A stretch of 61,083 bases of DNA from a virus (lineage: Duplodnaviria; Caudoviricetes), in the IMG/VR virus record IMGVR_UViG_3300013286_000014, positions 1-61,083 of that record. The stretch is one strand, 5' to 3'. Under the pieces are notes generated by a model, which was given only the letters and a program-made list of their open reading frames with translations, had not been told where the DNA came from and ran no database searches. Each line of letters starts with the position of its first letter. Position 1 is the first letter of the stretch. Both the position numbers and the translations under genes were made by a program. This document shows positions 8,104 to 16,536 of the stretch, piece after piece.

Positions 8104-8562
8104 AGAAGAACTTGCGTTCTTCTGTTCATCGCTATCGCTCGAACTGCTAGTTTTCTTTTAATATGTATGATCAAACGCGAAGCGTTAAGATATTATCTAG
8201 ATCGTTCAGTCACACTTTGCCCTGGCGGGCAAAGTTGTTTTTGGACATTATCTGAGTCGAACAATATCACTTAGCGTTAGCACTAAAACGTAGGCGGTCA
8301 TCCGGTACCTACTCATGCTGTCTTTATATGACGGCGGGCTTGCAACATACGCTAACATGCTGTAAACCGTGGGGCCACTACCCCTCTTTTAGCCTGGAAA
8401 ATTTTTGCTGTTGACTAAACGGATTCAGTAGGCACGTTCCGTCAAGGTCCTGTAAAGGATACTAATCAACATCTCTGTCACCAAGCAGAACTACCTTGCC
8501 GTCACACATCAGAACGGATTCAGGGCACACTATCAACGCCTGTGCGGGCTTATTTGGTGATT
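8104..8562 (-). ncRNA. Candidate large structured non-coding RNA (unclassified)
   Basis: No ORF of 60 aa or more; more than 10 hand-paired helices forming three multibranch domains, a possible pseudoknot and GNNA tetraloops; imperfect pairs are G-U on the minus strand. Boundaries approximate. Confidence 0.55.
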
Positions 8563-8574
8563 AAAGGGCCTGGT

Positions 8575-9003
8575 TTATTGATTTTTGAGTATGTGTGAAC
8601 CGTGTACACGCACGGAGATTTGACCATTATAATAGTCTTTTGACTCCAGCACACGACGGCTGAACTGTTCACGAGCCTCTATATATGACGTTTCAGCTTT
8701 GCTGTTGCAATAGAAAAGTATGTCTCGCCGAAAGTTTTCTTGACCTAACTGCGCGATGTCCTTGAGCAATTCATCCGACGAACCATAATAAGTACGCCAG
8801 TCCGAATCAATTTTACCGCGGATTTTCTTTTTTTTCTTGGTGCCGTTTTTTAATTTTACTGTTTTGTAAGTGGTTTTAGAAAATTTTGCTAGTTTTTTGC
8901 CTATGTACATACGCCCTGTGAGTGTGTTTGTTATAAGATAAACAAACCCAACACACTCTTCGGGCAACGTTTCTATAAGTTGATTTTCGTAGTACCAAGA
9001 CAT
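8575..9003 (-). CDS. GIY-YIG endonuclease (T4 EndoII/Seg-like, single domain)
   Basis: GFVYLITN...MYIGKK (GIY-YIG motif), YYGSS, conserved Glu in SYIEARE, YYN; basic insertion KLKNGTKKKKKIRGK. Confidence 0.85.
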   Translation of the reverse strand: MSWYYENQLIETLPEECVGFVYLITNTLTGRMYIGKKLAKFSKTTYKTVKLKNGTKKKKKIRGKIDSDWRTYYGSSDELLKDIAQLGQENFRRDILFYCNSKAETSYIEAREQFSRRVLESKDYYNGQISVRVHGSHILKNQ

Positions 9004-9015
9004 AATATATGTATA

Positions 9016-9285
9016 TTATGCATCCTGGTCACCACCTGCCTCTTGGTTTGCCTTGCGTTGCGCCTTGTCCTGATCCAGCCAAACACGATACTGTTGTACA
9101 TGTTCTCTGCGTTCACGGGCTATGATTCTAATCTGCGCCAACCAGTAGCGCATGTTCTCCCCTGCTCGTCTAGTACCACGAGCCTGCCATTTTTGATTTT
9201 CTTTGAAGTACTCTTTGAAAGCTGTCATGAGACGCTCGTGCGATTCTTCGTTTTGAAACGGAACTGGATCAACGTGCTTACTCAT
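9016..9285 (-). CDS. Small basic helical protein, possibly histone H1-like (Hc1-type) DNA-binding
   Basis: Start reassigned to ATG 9285, overlapping the gp46 stop. 'ENQKWQARGTRRAGENMR..LAQIRIIARERR..VQ' resembles phage Hc1-like proteins (weak). Confidence 0.55.
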   Translation of the reverse strand: MSKHVDPVPFQNEESHERLMTAFKEYFKENQKWQARGTRRAGENMRYWLAQIRIIARERREHVQQYRVWLDQDKAQRKANQEAGGDQDA

Positions 9286-11056
9286 TGATCTCCAAATCGT
9301 TGGCATAGTAAGTAAAGCCATTTTCTTTGATAACTTTGAGCACATTGTTCACCCGACCAATCAATTCGTCCTTGTGCGATATTAAGAAAATGTTCTTTTT
9401 ACGTTCACGGCTCATCTTTTTAAGCACAGCCAGAGCGCCTTCTACACCAGCCGCATCCAAGCCGTTGTCGATAAGTTCGTCTACAAACAGCAGATTAATC
9501 TGTTGATACAAACTTTCCCACACGTCTCTAAAACTCCATGACAAGCCCAGGATAAGTCTGTTGCGTTCGCCTCTGCTGAGATTATCAAAATCCAAGTCTT
9601 GCCCCAGTTGTGTAATTTCAACTGTGAGGTCATTCTTAAACATCACAGTGTGTGGCAAGCCCATTTTGTCAAGATAATAAGTCAAGCGGTTGTTCAAATA
9701 TGCTAGGTTTTGATCAATGATCTTTTTACGGATAAACGAATCCTTGCTGGTCAATAGTTTGAGTAAAAACTCTTGATGGTCCTTGAGTGTGTTAAGTGTG
9801 TTAACTGTGTCCCATGTAATTTCTTGAATGGCAGTATCAGTTAGTTCGTCGATCTGTTCTTGGTACGGATCAGTTTCTCCATCCTTGATAGTCAGCTGTG
9901 TTTCCAAACTTTTTAGATTGTTTTGGTGTTTGAGTGCCTGCTCAACACTATCGTAATAGGTGTTGGGTCTAGCTGCCACTTCACCAATGGCTGTGATTTC
10001 TTTAGTAATTCTAGCAGTGTCAGCGGCCACTTTGTCAAAGTATTTTTGTGCTTCGGCCAAGTGTGCAGTAGCTTCAGCTGACATTTCCTCATGCTTGTGG
10101 TCATGCAAATCTTGGTCGCAAGCATGGCATTTTTTATCTTGCAGTTTAGCAAGCTCGCTAGCATACTTTTTTACGCTTCGCTCCGCTTGCGCTATCGCGC
10201 TATCTAAGGTTGCCCGCTCCTTGTTCAGACTTTTTAATTTGGCTGCTTTTTCTTCGTATGCTTTGAGCTCTGCGTGTTTGGCCAATTCAGCATCAATGTC
10301 CACACTTTCCAGTTCAATAATAGCACGGGCAATTTTTTCTACTTCTTGATTGTGCTGATTATTCCAAGCACTTTGTCTTGTCAACAGGCCGTCAATACTG
10401 ACCTGTATCTTTTCGTTGCTTTTGCGTGAGGCTTCTATGTTGGCAGTTTCTTGTGTAACTTGATCCTTGGTCAGTTTGATCATTTCTTTCAAGCTCTCGG
10501 CTTTTTCACTTAGAATAGTGATACCCAGCAGTTGCTCAATGATCACACGTTGGTCATTGGCCCGCATACTTAAAAACGGTTCTGTATAAGTGTTGAGTGC
10601 AACCACGTGTTTGAACATGTCGTGACTCATACCCATCAAGTCATCCAAGTCCTTCTGGGTTTCACGCATGTCACCTTGTGCGTCATCTGTTTCAGCAGTT
10701 TCTTGTTCTTGGTCGTTCACAAAAAACTTTAGTACATTGGGTTTGCGTCCACGTTCAATTCTATAGTCCAAGCCATCTTTTTCAAAGCCCAAGGTAACCA
10801 ACATGCCCTTGTTGTTGATCTTGTTAATGAGATTGTCTTTTTTGATGTTGGTTAACGCATTGCCAAATAAAGCATAACTGAGTGCATTCACGATGGTAGT
10901 TTTACCTGTACCATTACGGCTTCCGTTGTCGTCACCGCCTTGATCCAAGTTCTCACCCAGCACCAGTGTTAAGTTTTGCTGTGCAAAATTCACTGCTTGA
11001 GTCTGGTTACCCACACTCATAAAGTTTTTAACTGTTAATTCTTTTATCTTGATCAT
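9278..11056 (-). CDS. gp46: Recombination endonuclease ATPase subunit (gp46/SbcC/Rad50)
   Basis: KNFMSVG, Walker A NGTGKTT, coiled coil with CHAC zinc hook, signature LSRGE, Walker B LLFVDE. Confidence 0.93.
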   Translation of the reverse strand: MIKIKELTVKNFMSVGNQTQAVNFAQQNLTLVLGENLDQGGDDNGSRNGTGKTTIVNALSYALFGNALTNIKKDNLINKINNKGMLVTLGFEKDGLDYRIERGRKPNVLKFFVNDQEQETAETDDAQGDMRETQKDLDDLMGMSHDMFKHVVALNTYTEPFLSMRANDQRVIIEQLLGITILSEKAESLKEMIKLTKDQVTQETANIEASRKSNEKIQVSIDGLLTRQSAWNNQHNQEVEKIARAIIELESVDIDAELAKHAELKAYEEKAAKLKSLNKERATLDSAIAQAERSVKKYASELAKLQDKKCHACDQDLHDHKHEEMSAEATAHLAEAQKYFDKVAADTARITKEITAIGEVAARPNTYYDSVEQALKHQNNLKSLETQLTIKDGETDPYQEQIDELTDTAIQEITWDTVNTLNTLKDHQEFLLKLLTSKDSFIRKKIIDQNLAYLNNRLTYYLDKMGLPHTVMFKNDLTVEITQLGQDLDFDNLSRGERNRLILGLSWSFRDVWESLYQQINLLFVDELIDNGLDAAGVEGALAVLKKMSRERKKNIFLISHKDELIGRVNNVLKVIKENGFTYYANDLEINE

Positions 11057-12066
11057 AGGCTATTATAAATTGACAACAAGGTATTTTTGTCGTAAGTATC
11101 ACTTTCAATGTTGATAATCTGACTGGACACAATCTGATCTACACTTTCAAATGCCTGAATATCAATATTGGTATTGATTTCAATATCTTTCTTTTCTGCA
11201 ATCAGTGTGAGTTCACGAATGTCGTAATCTGATACAAACTTCTCTTTAATAAAACTGGCTTCTTCGTAGGTAATATCAATATCCAATGTGACACGCAAAT
11301 GCTGTTTAGTTTTAATGATAGTGTCTGCACCGTCGATCAGTTCACTAAGTTTCAGTGTACGGAATGTGGGTTGATTATCCCACGTATGATATTGGGGAAC
11401 ACCGTCCCAATCTAAAATCATCATGCCACGCTCGTCATCCCAAGTGTCTGCATAGTTGTGCGGAAATGCATTGCCGATATAGACCACATTGCCCTGTTGT
11501 TGACGTTTGTGGAAATGTCCAGAGAACACATAGTCCGGGCCACGCAAATCCGCCGCTTGTAATTCTCCATGATCTGGCATTTGCACCATGGCATTCATGT
11601 AGAATAAGGGCAATTCAAAGTGCCCAAAGATGTATTTGCTCTTGGAGCCTTTTAAACTTTTCCATTCGTCACCTACAAGCCACGGGCACATAGTAACGTT
11701 ACCAATACTAGTAGGCTCGTGAACAACAGTAATCCCAGGAATATACTTGCCAAATTCAACGGAATGTATATCCCGCTTGTCTTTGTAATATAGATCATGA
11801 TTGCCAGGGAAAAAGTAAAATTGATCAAAGCTCTGACCGAGCTTTTCCAAGGCCCTAAGGCTATAGTCCATAGTAGTGATATTAAGACTATTACGATTGT
11901 GATGCCAATCCCCCATAAATATTCCAGTATCACACCCTTCCTCCTTGGCTTTGGCAATATACCAGTCTACAAAATCTTCACAATCTTGATTGTGTACACT
12001 GCTGTTAGATTTTAATCCAAAATGGATATCTGTAAAACAAGCTACTTTTTTAAACAAATTACTCAC
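11053..12066 (-). CDS. gp47: Recombination endonuclease nuclease subunit (gp47/SbcD/Mre11)
   Basis: Metallophosphoesterase motifs DIHFG, GD, GNHD, GH, SGHFH; adjacent to gp46. Confidence 0.93.
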   Translation of the reverse strand: MSNLFKKVACFTDIHFGLKSNSSVHNQDCEDFVDWYIAKAKEEGCDTGIFMGDWHHNRNSLNITTMDYSLRALEKLGQSFDQFYFFPGNHDLYYKDKRDIHSVEFGKYIPGITVVHEPTSIGNVTMCPWLVGDEWKSLKGSKSKYIFGHFELPLFYMNAMVQMPDHGELQAADLRGPDYVFSGHFHKRQQQGNVVYIGNAFPHNYADTWDDERGMMILDWDGVPQYHTWDNQPTFRTLKLSELIDGADTIIKTKQHLRVTLDIDITYEEASFIKEKFVSDYDIRELTLIAEKKDIEINTNIDIQAFESVDQIVSSQIINIESDTYDKNTLLSIYNSL

Positions 12067-12892
12067 TCGGTGTGTCCTCGTTGTGTCGTTTCAACGCCGC
12101 CGCATGTTCTCCAGCACCAGTTCTTGAATAGCTAGGATTCATACCGTTGATTTCTAAAATATCATCACGAATGTTTTGATTGCGTTTTTCAATGTTGATG
12201 ACACGCACAAAACTGTTGGTCACAGCCGCAGTAAAATAAGCAAACGGATTGTCTGATTTGCTTTCGTCAAATTGTAATCCAATCTGTGTTAACTGTAAAA
12301 TGGCCTGACCCTTCATTTCGTCATTGTATGTGTAGCCACGAACGTTGCCGCGAGTAGCATACCTCTCACACAATTTTAACATCATTCTAGCTAAGGTGTT
12401 AGTAATTTGGCCCGCATCTTTATCAAAGTGCCCCTTGTCCAATGTGCCCTTCCAATGACTCTTGCCCACACAGATCAACTCATCCACATCATTGAACTTC
12501 CAATGTTGGAACGGTGGAAAGTTAACTTTGTCTCTGTGATCAGCAAGACTTTTAGGATTCTTTTTACGAGTGTTGTTAAGTGGTATGTGGTCAAAAGTCA
12601 TGATCCTAAACACAATATCTGTTTTTTGAATTTTTTTATAATCCATTTCGCAGTCTGCTTGTTTGACTTTTTCTCCGGCTTTTTTGCGGGTTGCATATTC
12701 CAAATCGCCTATGCGTTTGGCTTGATTGCGTTTGGCTTCTGCGATTGTTCTAATATTGATTTTGTCTATACTGGGCAAAATCATATCATACTGATGATAT
12801 TTTGGATCGGTAAAACTGCAATATGAAGTTTTTGATCTGTGTATTTCCAACAACATGTCCTTGTTGTTTAGGTAATTTACTTTTGCTGTCAT
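12059..12892 (-). CDS. gp55: Late-transcription sigma factor (T4 gp55-like)
   Basis: Start reassigned to MTAKVNYLNNKD; motifs 'NYLNNK', 'N.RGYTY.DEM', 'FDESKSDNPFAYFT....NSF.R....EK'; gp55-47-46 synteny. Confidence 0.85.
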   Translation of the reverse strand: MTAKVNYLNNKDMLLEIHRSKTSYCSFTDPKYHQYDMILPSIDKINIRTIAEAKRNQAKRIGDLEYATRKKAGEKVKQADCEMDYKKIQKTDIVFRIMTFDHIPLNNTRKKNPKSLADHRDKVNFPPFQHWKFNDVDELICVGKSHWKGTLDKGHFDKDAGQITNTLARMMLKLCERYATRGNVRGYTYNDEMKGQAILQLTQIGLQFDESKSDNPFAYFTAAVTNSFVRVINIEKRNQNIRDDILEINGMNPSYSRTGAGEHAAALKRHNEDTPSE

Positions 12893-12916
12893 CCTTGAAG
12901 AGTCCTCTAATAAGTT

Positions 12917-12945
12917 ATTATAAACTACGCACATTAAAAAGTCAA
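12917..12945 (-). promoter_or_regulatory. Sigma70-type promoter TTGACT-N17-TATAAT for the gp55-47-46 operon
   Basis: Minus strand TTGACT TTTTAATGTGCGTAGTT TATAAT, near-perfect consensus with 17-nt spacer. Confidence 0.75.
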
Positions 12946-12952
12946 CTAAATA
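12923..12952 (+). promoter_or_regulatory. Late promoter with upstream motif (AACTACGCACA-N13-TAAATA)
   Basis: Upstream of the baseplate operon; same motif and spacing at 18395 and 41426. Confidence 0.5.
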
Positions 12953-12976
12953 CTATACCAAAATAGGAATAAAACT

Positions 12977-13975
12977 ATGGGACTACTAGACACACTATCC
13001 GGCTCGGCCAACATACTCGGAGCAGGTTCCAGTGCCATTAACACAGCGAGAAACATGTCTAGTGCAATCAGCACAGCATATTCCAGCGAAGGCGGCGGTG
13101 TTGCGGCTGCAATGCGAGCAATCAATTTGCCAGCCGCTGGAGAAGCAGTGGGCGACATAATGAGCGCAGTGGCCACATTTGGTGGAGATGCCAACGCCAA
13201 CGATTGGCGTGCCAGATTAAGTCTAGCCAACTGGACCAGTTTCAAAAGCAGTCCAGTTTTGAAACCATTAAAAGATGCCGGCGGTTTAATTTTTCCATAC
13301 ACTCCTAAAATCACAATTGCCAGCAATGCTGATTATCAGACAATTGATACTGTACACACAAATTACAAATTTCAAGCATTTAAAAATAGTGATCCCGGAA
13401 CTATACAAATTGAAGGCCCTATGTATGTTGAAGATGCTACACAAGGACTCTATTGGATTGCCATGGTGCATTATTTAAGAAGTCTTACCAAAATGTTTGC
13501 TGGAAATGATCCTAAGGCCGGAAACCCACCGCCCATTATTTTCTTCAACGCTTATGGAAACTACGTGTTTAAAAACATTCCGGTGGTAGTGACTAAAATG
13601 AGTATTACTTTGCCCAACGATGTGGATTATATCGGATGCAATGTGGTTGGCAGCGCCGCAGGAGAAATACAAGGCGTTGCAGATAGCATTGGCGGTCTTG
13701 CCAGTATGGGTGCCGGCTTGTTAGGTGGCGACAGCGCACTGGGCGGAATATTAGGGGGTGTCAGTAGTATTGCTGGCGGAGTAGGACAGGTGGCAGGATT
13801 GCTAGGTTCGTTTGGTATCGGTGGCACAACCAGCGGCGGAGTTGCCCATGTGCCTACCAAGAGTACCTACAGTATAACACTGCACCCCATATACAGCAGA
13901 AATAGTGCTCGTAACTTTAGTCTTGATAGATTTGTTACTGGTGGATATCTTAACAATAGTTTTGGATATATTTAA
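12977..13975 (+). CDS. Baseplate / tail-tube initiator-like structural protein
   Basis: First gene of the baseplate operon; 'GLIFPYTP.I', 'GNPPPI....YG..VF.NIPVV.....LP.DVDY' fit tube-initiator-like proteins preceding gp53. Confidence 0.55.
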   Translation: MGLLDTLSGSANILGAGSSAINTARNMSSAISTAYSSEGGGVAAAMRAINLPAAGEAVGDIMSAVATFGGDANANDWRARLSLANWTSFKSSPVLKPLKDAGGLIFPYTPKITIASNADYQTIDTVHTNYKFQAFKNSDPGTIQIEGPMYVEDATQGLYWIAMVHYLRSLTKMFAGNDPKAGNPPPIIFFNAYGNYVFKNIPVVVTKMSITLPNDVDYIGCNVVGSAAGEIQGVADSIGGLASMGAGLLGGDSALGGILGGVSSIAGGVGQVAGLLGSFGIGGTTSGGVAHVPTKSTYSITLHPIYSRNSARNFSLDRFVTGGYLNNSFGYI

Positions 13976-13977
13976 TT

Positions 13978-14280
13978 ATGAAAGTTAATTATTCTAATAC
14001 AAGTCCTTGGTATACCACAAGAATAAAAAAAAATTATCTTGGCATTTTATCTATTAGACCAGTAAGTGCTGATGTGGATGATTTTCTCTATACAATAGAA
14101 CCACAATACACATATCGTCCCGATTTGTTAGCATACGACTTGTATGGAGAACAGAATTTATGGTGGGTTTTTATGCAACGAAATTTGAATGTTATTCAAG
14201 ATCCTATTTTGGATTTTGTTCCTGGAACGCAAATATACATACCCAAAGGTAGCAGTTTAAAAACTGTGTTAGGATTATAA
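13978..14280 (+). CDS. gp53: Baseplate wedge protein gp53-like (LysM-type)
   Basis: 'YRPDLLAYDLYG...LWWVF...N....DP..DF..G..I.IP' motif. Confidence 0.85.
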   Translation: MKVNYSNTSPWYTTRIKKNYLGILSIRPVSADVDDFLYTIEPQYTYRPDLLAYDLYGEQNLWWVFMQRNLNVIQDPILDFVPGTQIYIPKGSSLKTVLGL

Positions 14281-14281
14281 A

Positions 14282-16525
14282 ATGAGTTTAGATGGATTGC
14301 CCGGTATAATAGATTCTGCTACACAAACCATTGCCAGCGTCAGTAAAGCCGCAGATGCAATTGTGTCAACAAGTTCTATCAGTGGCCTCACTTCGGCACT
14401 TAGTAGTGTATCTGGAGCGTTCAGCAGTATTGGTAACTTTTTTAAAGGCCTTGCGGCTGGCCAACAACTGCCTCTTAAAAATCCCTTGTTTGCCTATGCC
14501 AGTTATACCTATGTGTTGGGCATAGGAATACTCACAGAAGAAGATTTAAATTATCCAGACAAAACATATAAAGCTGGCAAACGTATTCCATTAATTTGTA
14601 AAGATGCCAATGCCGACCCTAACAACAGAGTAAACACAGTATACGGAAAGTTTGATTTTTTTATCAACAACCTTGTACTGAATAGTGTTGTTGGTTTCGA
14701 GCAAGGTAGCAATAATACCAACGTGATGAATTTCAATTTTGATGTTACTGAGCCATACAGCATGGGGCTGTTCATGCTAGCTTTACAGCAAGGTGCTCAA
14801 GCAAACGGCTGGGACAACTGGCGCGAGTGCCCGTTTGTGTTAACCATTGACTTTCGTGGAAATACCGAGACCGGATTAATAAAAAGTATTCCAAACACCA
14901 GCAGACAAATTCCGTTTAGTTTTGTGGACCTGCAAATGACAGCAAGTGAAAAAGGCAGTGTATACAAGTGTACCGCCATGCCGTGGAATCAGATAGCATT
15001 AACAGATGATGTGGCCAATACCAAGAGCGATAGCTCAGCTATAGGATCTACTATACAAGAAATTTTGCAATCCGGAGAAAACAGTTTACAAGCAGTTCTT
15101 AATCAGCGCATGAGAGAAATGGAAAAACAAGGAATTGTAAAAAAAGCCGACGAGTATTTGATACTATTTCCAGAAAATGTTGCCAGTAGCGCGGACGGAA
15201 GCCAGAGTGAAGACAACACAGAGGATGCCGGTTCGGCAACTGAATCTGTGACAGATTCTCCCAATGCAGCCGGCCTTTACAGTTCGTTAGGAGTAGCCCG
15301 CAGTAAAACCAATCAAACACTGGTACAAGATCCAGGAAATTGCAACAGCATAGGCAAAGCCAGTTTGGGATTTGACGAAAAGCGCAAAGGTGATCCGTCA
15401 TTTGGTAAAGATCAAGACATGTACAATTCAAAGACTGGTGTATTCAACCCCGGTAAATTTGTAGTTGATGGTACCAGCACTGAAATGCGATTCAGCCAAG
15501 ATACCAGTATTCCGGCAGCAATCAATCAAGTAATACTTCAAAGTAATTTTGTAAACACGGCTCTTGACAGCAGTAAAATAACATCATCTGGTTTCAGAGA
15601 ATGGTACCGTATCAGCCATAAAGTTTACACCATAGGTGAAGCACAGCTCAATACTGGATTAAAACCTAGATTAATTGTATATCAAGTAGTGCCGTACCAA
15701 GCTCATGCCAGTAGATTGTTGCCCCCGGGAGTCAAAGGTCCGGGATTTGGATCATTAGAAAATGAAGCTGTTAAAAAATATGAATATATCTATACAGGGC
15801 ATAATGTAGATATTATGAGATTTGAAATTAAATTTGTAAACGGATTTGTGTACATCATGGGTGCAGACGGTTTGACAAAAACTCAAGACAAAGTCACAGC
15901 TAACCAAACAGGTGCACAGGAGCCAGACAAAAACTCCAATGTTAAGTTCATGCCAGACGGCAAACCAATTTCAACACAAGAAGGCATAACACCTACCATC
16001 TTAAAATGGACAAACACATTGACCGGACAAGATCGTGGCGGAGGCGGCGGTCAGGAAGGAGAAGCGCAACGTGCGGCCAAATTATTTCAACAAGCTATCA
16101 ATAACCCATTTGACATGTATAATTTAGATATGACAATTATTGGAGATCCTTATTACATTACACAAAGTGGTACGGGAAATTATACAAGCGAACAAGCCAC
16201 TAGCAATTTAAATACAGACGGCACTATAAATTATGAAAGTGGAGAAGTTGATATTTTAGTTAAATTTAGGACTCCTATAGATATTAATCAAGGTACAGGA
16301 TTATACAACTTTGGCGGAACCAGCAAGACTGCTCCAGTAACACAATTCAGCGGACTATATTGTGTGCAAACTATTACCAGTACATTTATGGACGGAAAGT
16401 TCACGCAAGTATTGTCAGGGTTTCGTAGACCCACACAAGAATTTGAAGAAGAACCAACGGTAGCAGACCTGCCGTCGACCACTAGAACAGTAGTTGAAGA
16501 ACCTACCATATACACAGACGAATAA
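14282..16525 (+). CDS. Baseplate hub protein (gp27/VgrG-like)
   Basis: Between gp53 and gp5; 'F.VTEPYS', 'L.MTIIGDPY', 'FSGLY.V..I.S.F..GKFTQ.L' hub-type C-terminus. Confidence 0.65.
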   Translation: MSLDGLPGIIDSATQTIASVSKAADAIVSTSSISGLTSALSSVSGAFSSIGNFFKGLAAGQQLPLKNPLFAYASYTYVLGIGILTEEDLNYPDKTYKAGKRIPLICKDANADPNNRVNTVYGKFDFFINNLVLNSVVGFEQGSNNTNVMNFNFDVTEPYSMGLFMLALQQGAQANGWDNWRECPFVLTIDFRGNTETGLIKSIPNTSRQIPFSFVDLQMTASEKGSVYKCTAMPWNQIALTDDVANTKSDSSAIGSTIQEILQSGENSLQAVLNQRMREMEKQGIVKKADEYLILFPENVASSADGSQSEDNTEDAGSATESVTDSPNAAGLYSSLGVARSKTNQTLVQDPGNCNSIGKASLGFDEKRKGDPSFGKDQDMYNSKTGVFNPGKFVVDGTSTEMRFSQDTSIPAAINQVILQSNFVNTALDSSKITSSGFREWYRISHKVYTIGEAQLNTGLKPRLIVYQVVPYQAHASRLLPPGVKGPGFGSLENEAVKKYEYIYTGHNVDIMRFEIKFVNGFVYIMGADGLTKTQDKVTANQTGAQEPDKNSNVKFMPDGKPISTQEGITPTILKWTNTLTGQDRGGGGGQEGEAQRAAKLFQQAINNPFDMYNLDMTIIGDPYYITQSGTGNYTSEQATSNLNTDGTINYESGEVDILVKFRTPIDINQGTGLYNFGGTSKTAPVTQFSGLYCVQTITSTFMDGKFTQVLSGFRRPTQEFEEEPTVADLPSTTRTVVEEPTIYTDE

Positions 16526-16536
16526 CTGAGAACACA

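Noticed and set aside
8185-8260. Group I intron S-like element (AAGATATTATCTAG)
   Set aside because: No matching P7 partner or P/Q/R elements found, and neither flanking gene appears interrupted.
8104-8562. tRNA, tmRNA, RNase P RNA or CRISPR array in the intergenic gap
   Set aside because: No cloverleaf or CCA end, no RNase P core motif, and only two short repeats without regular spacers.
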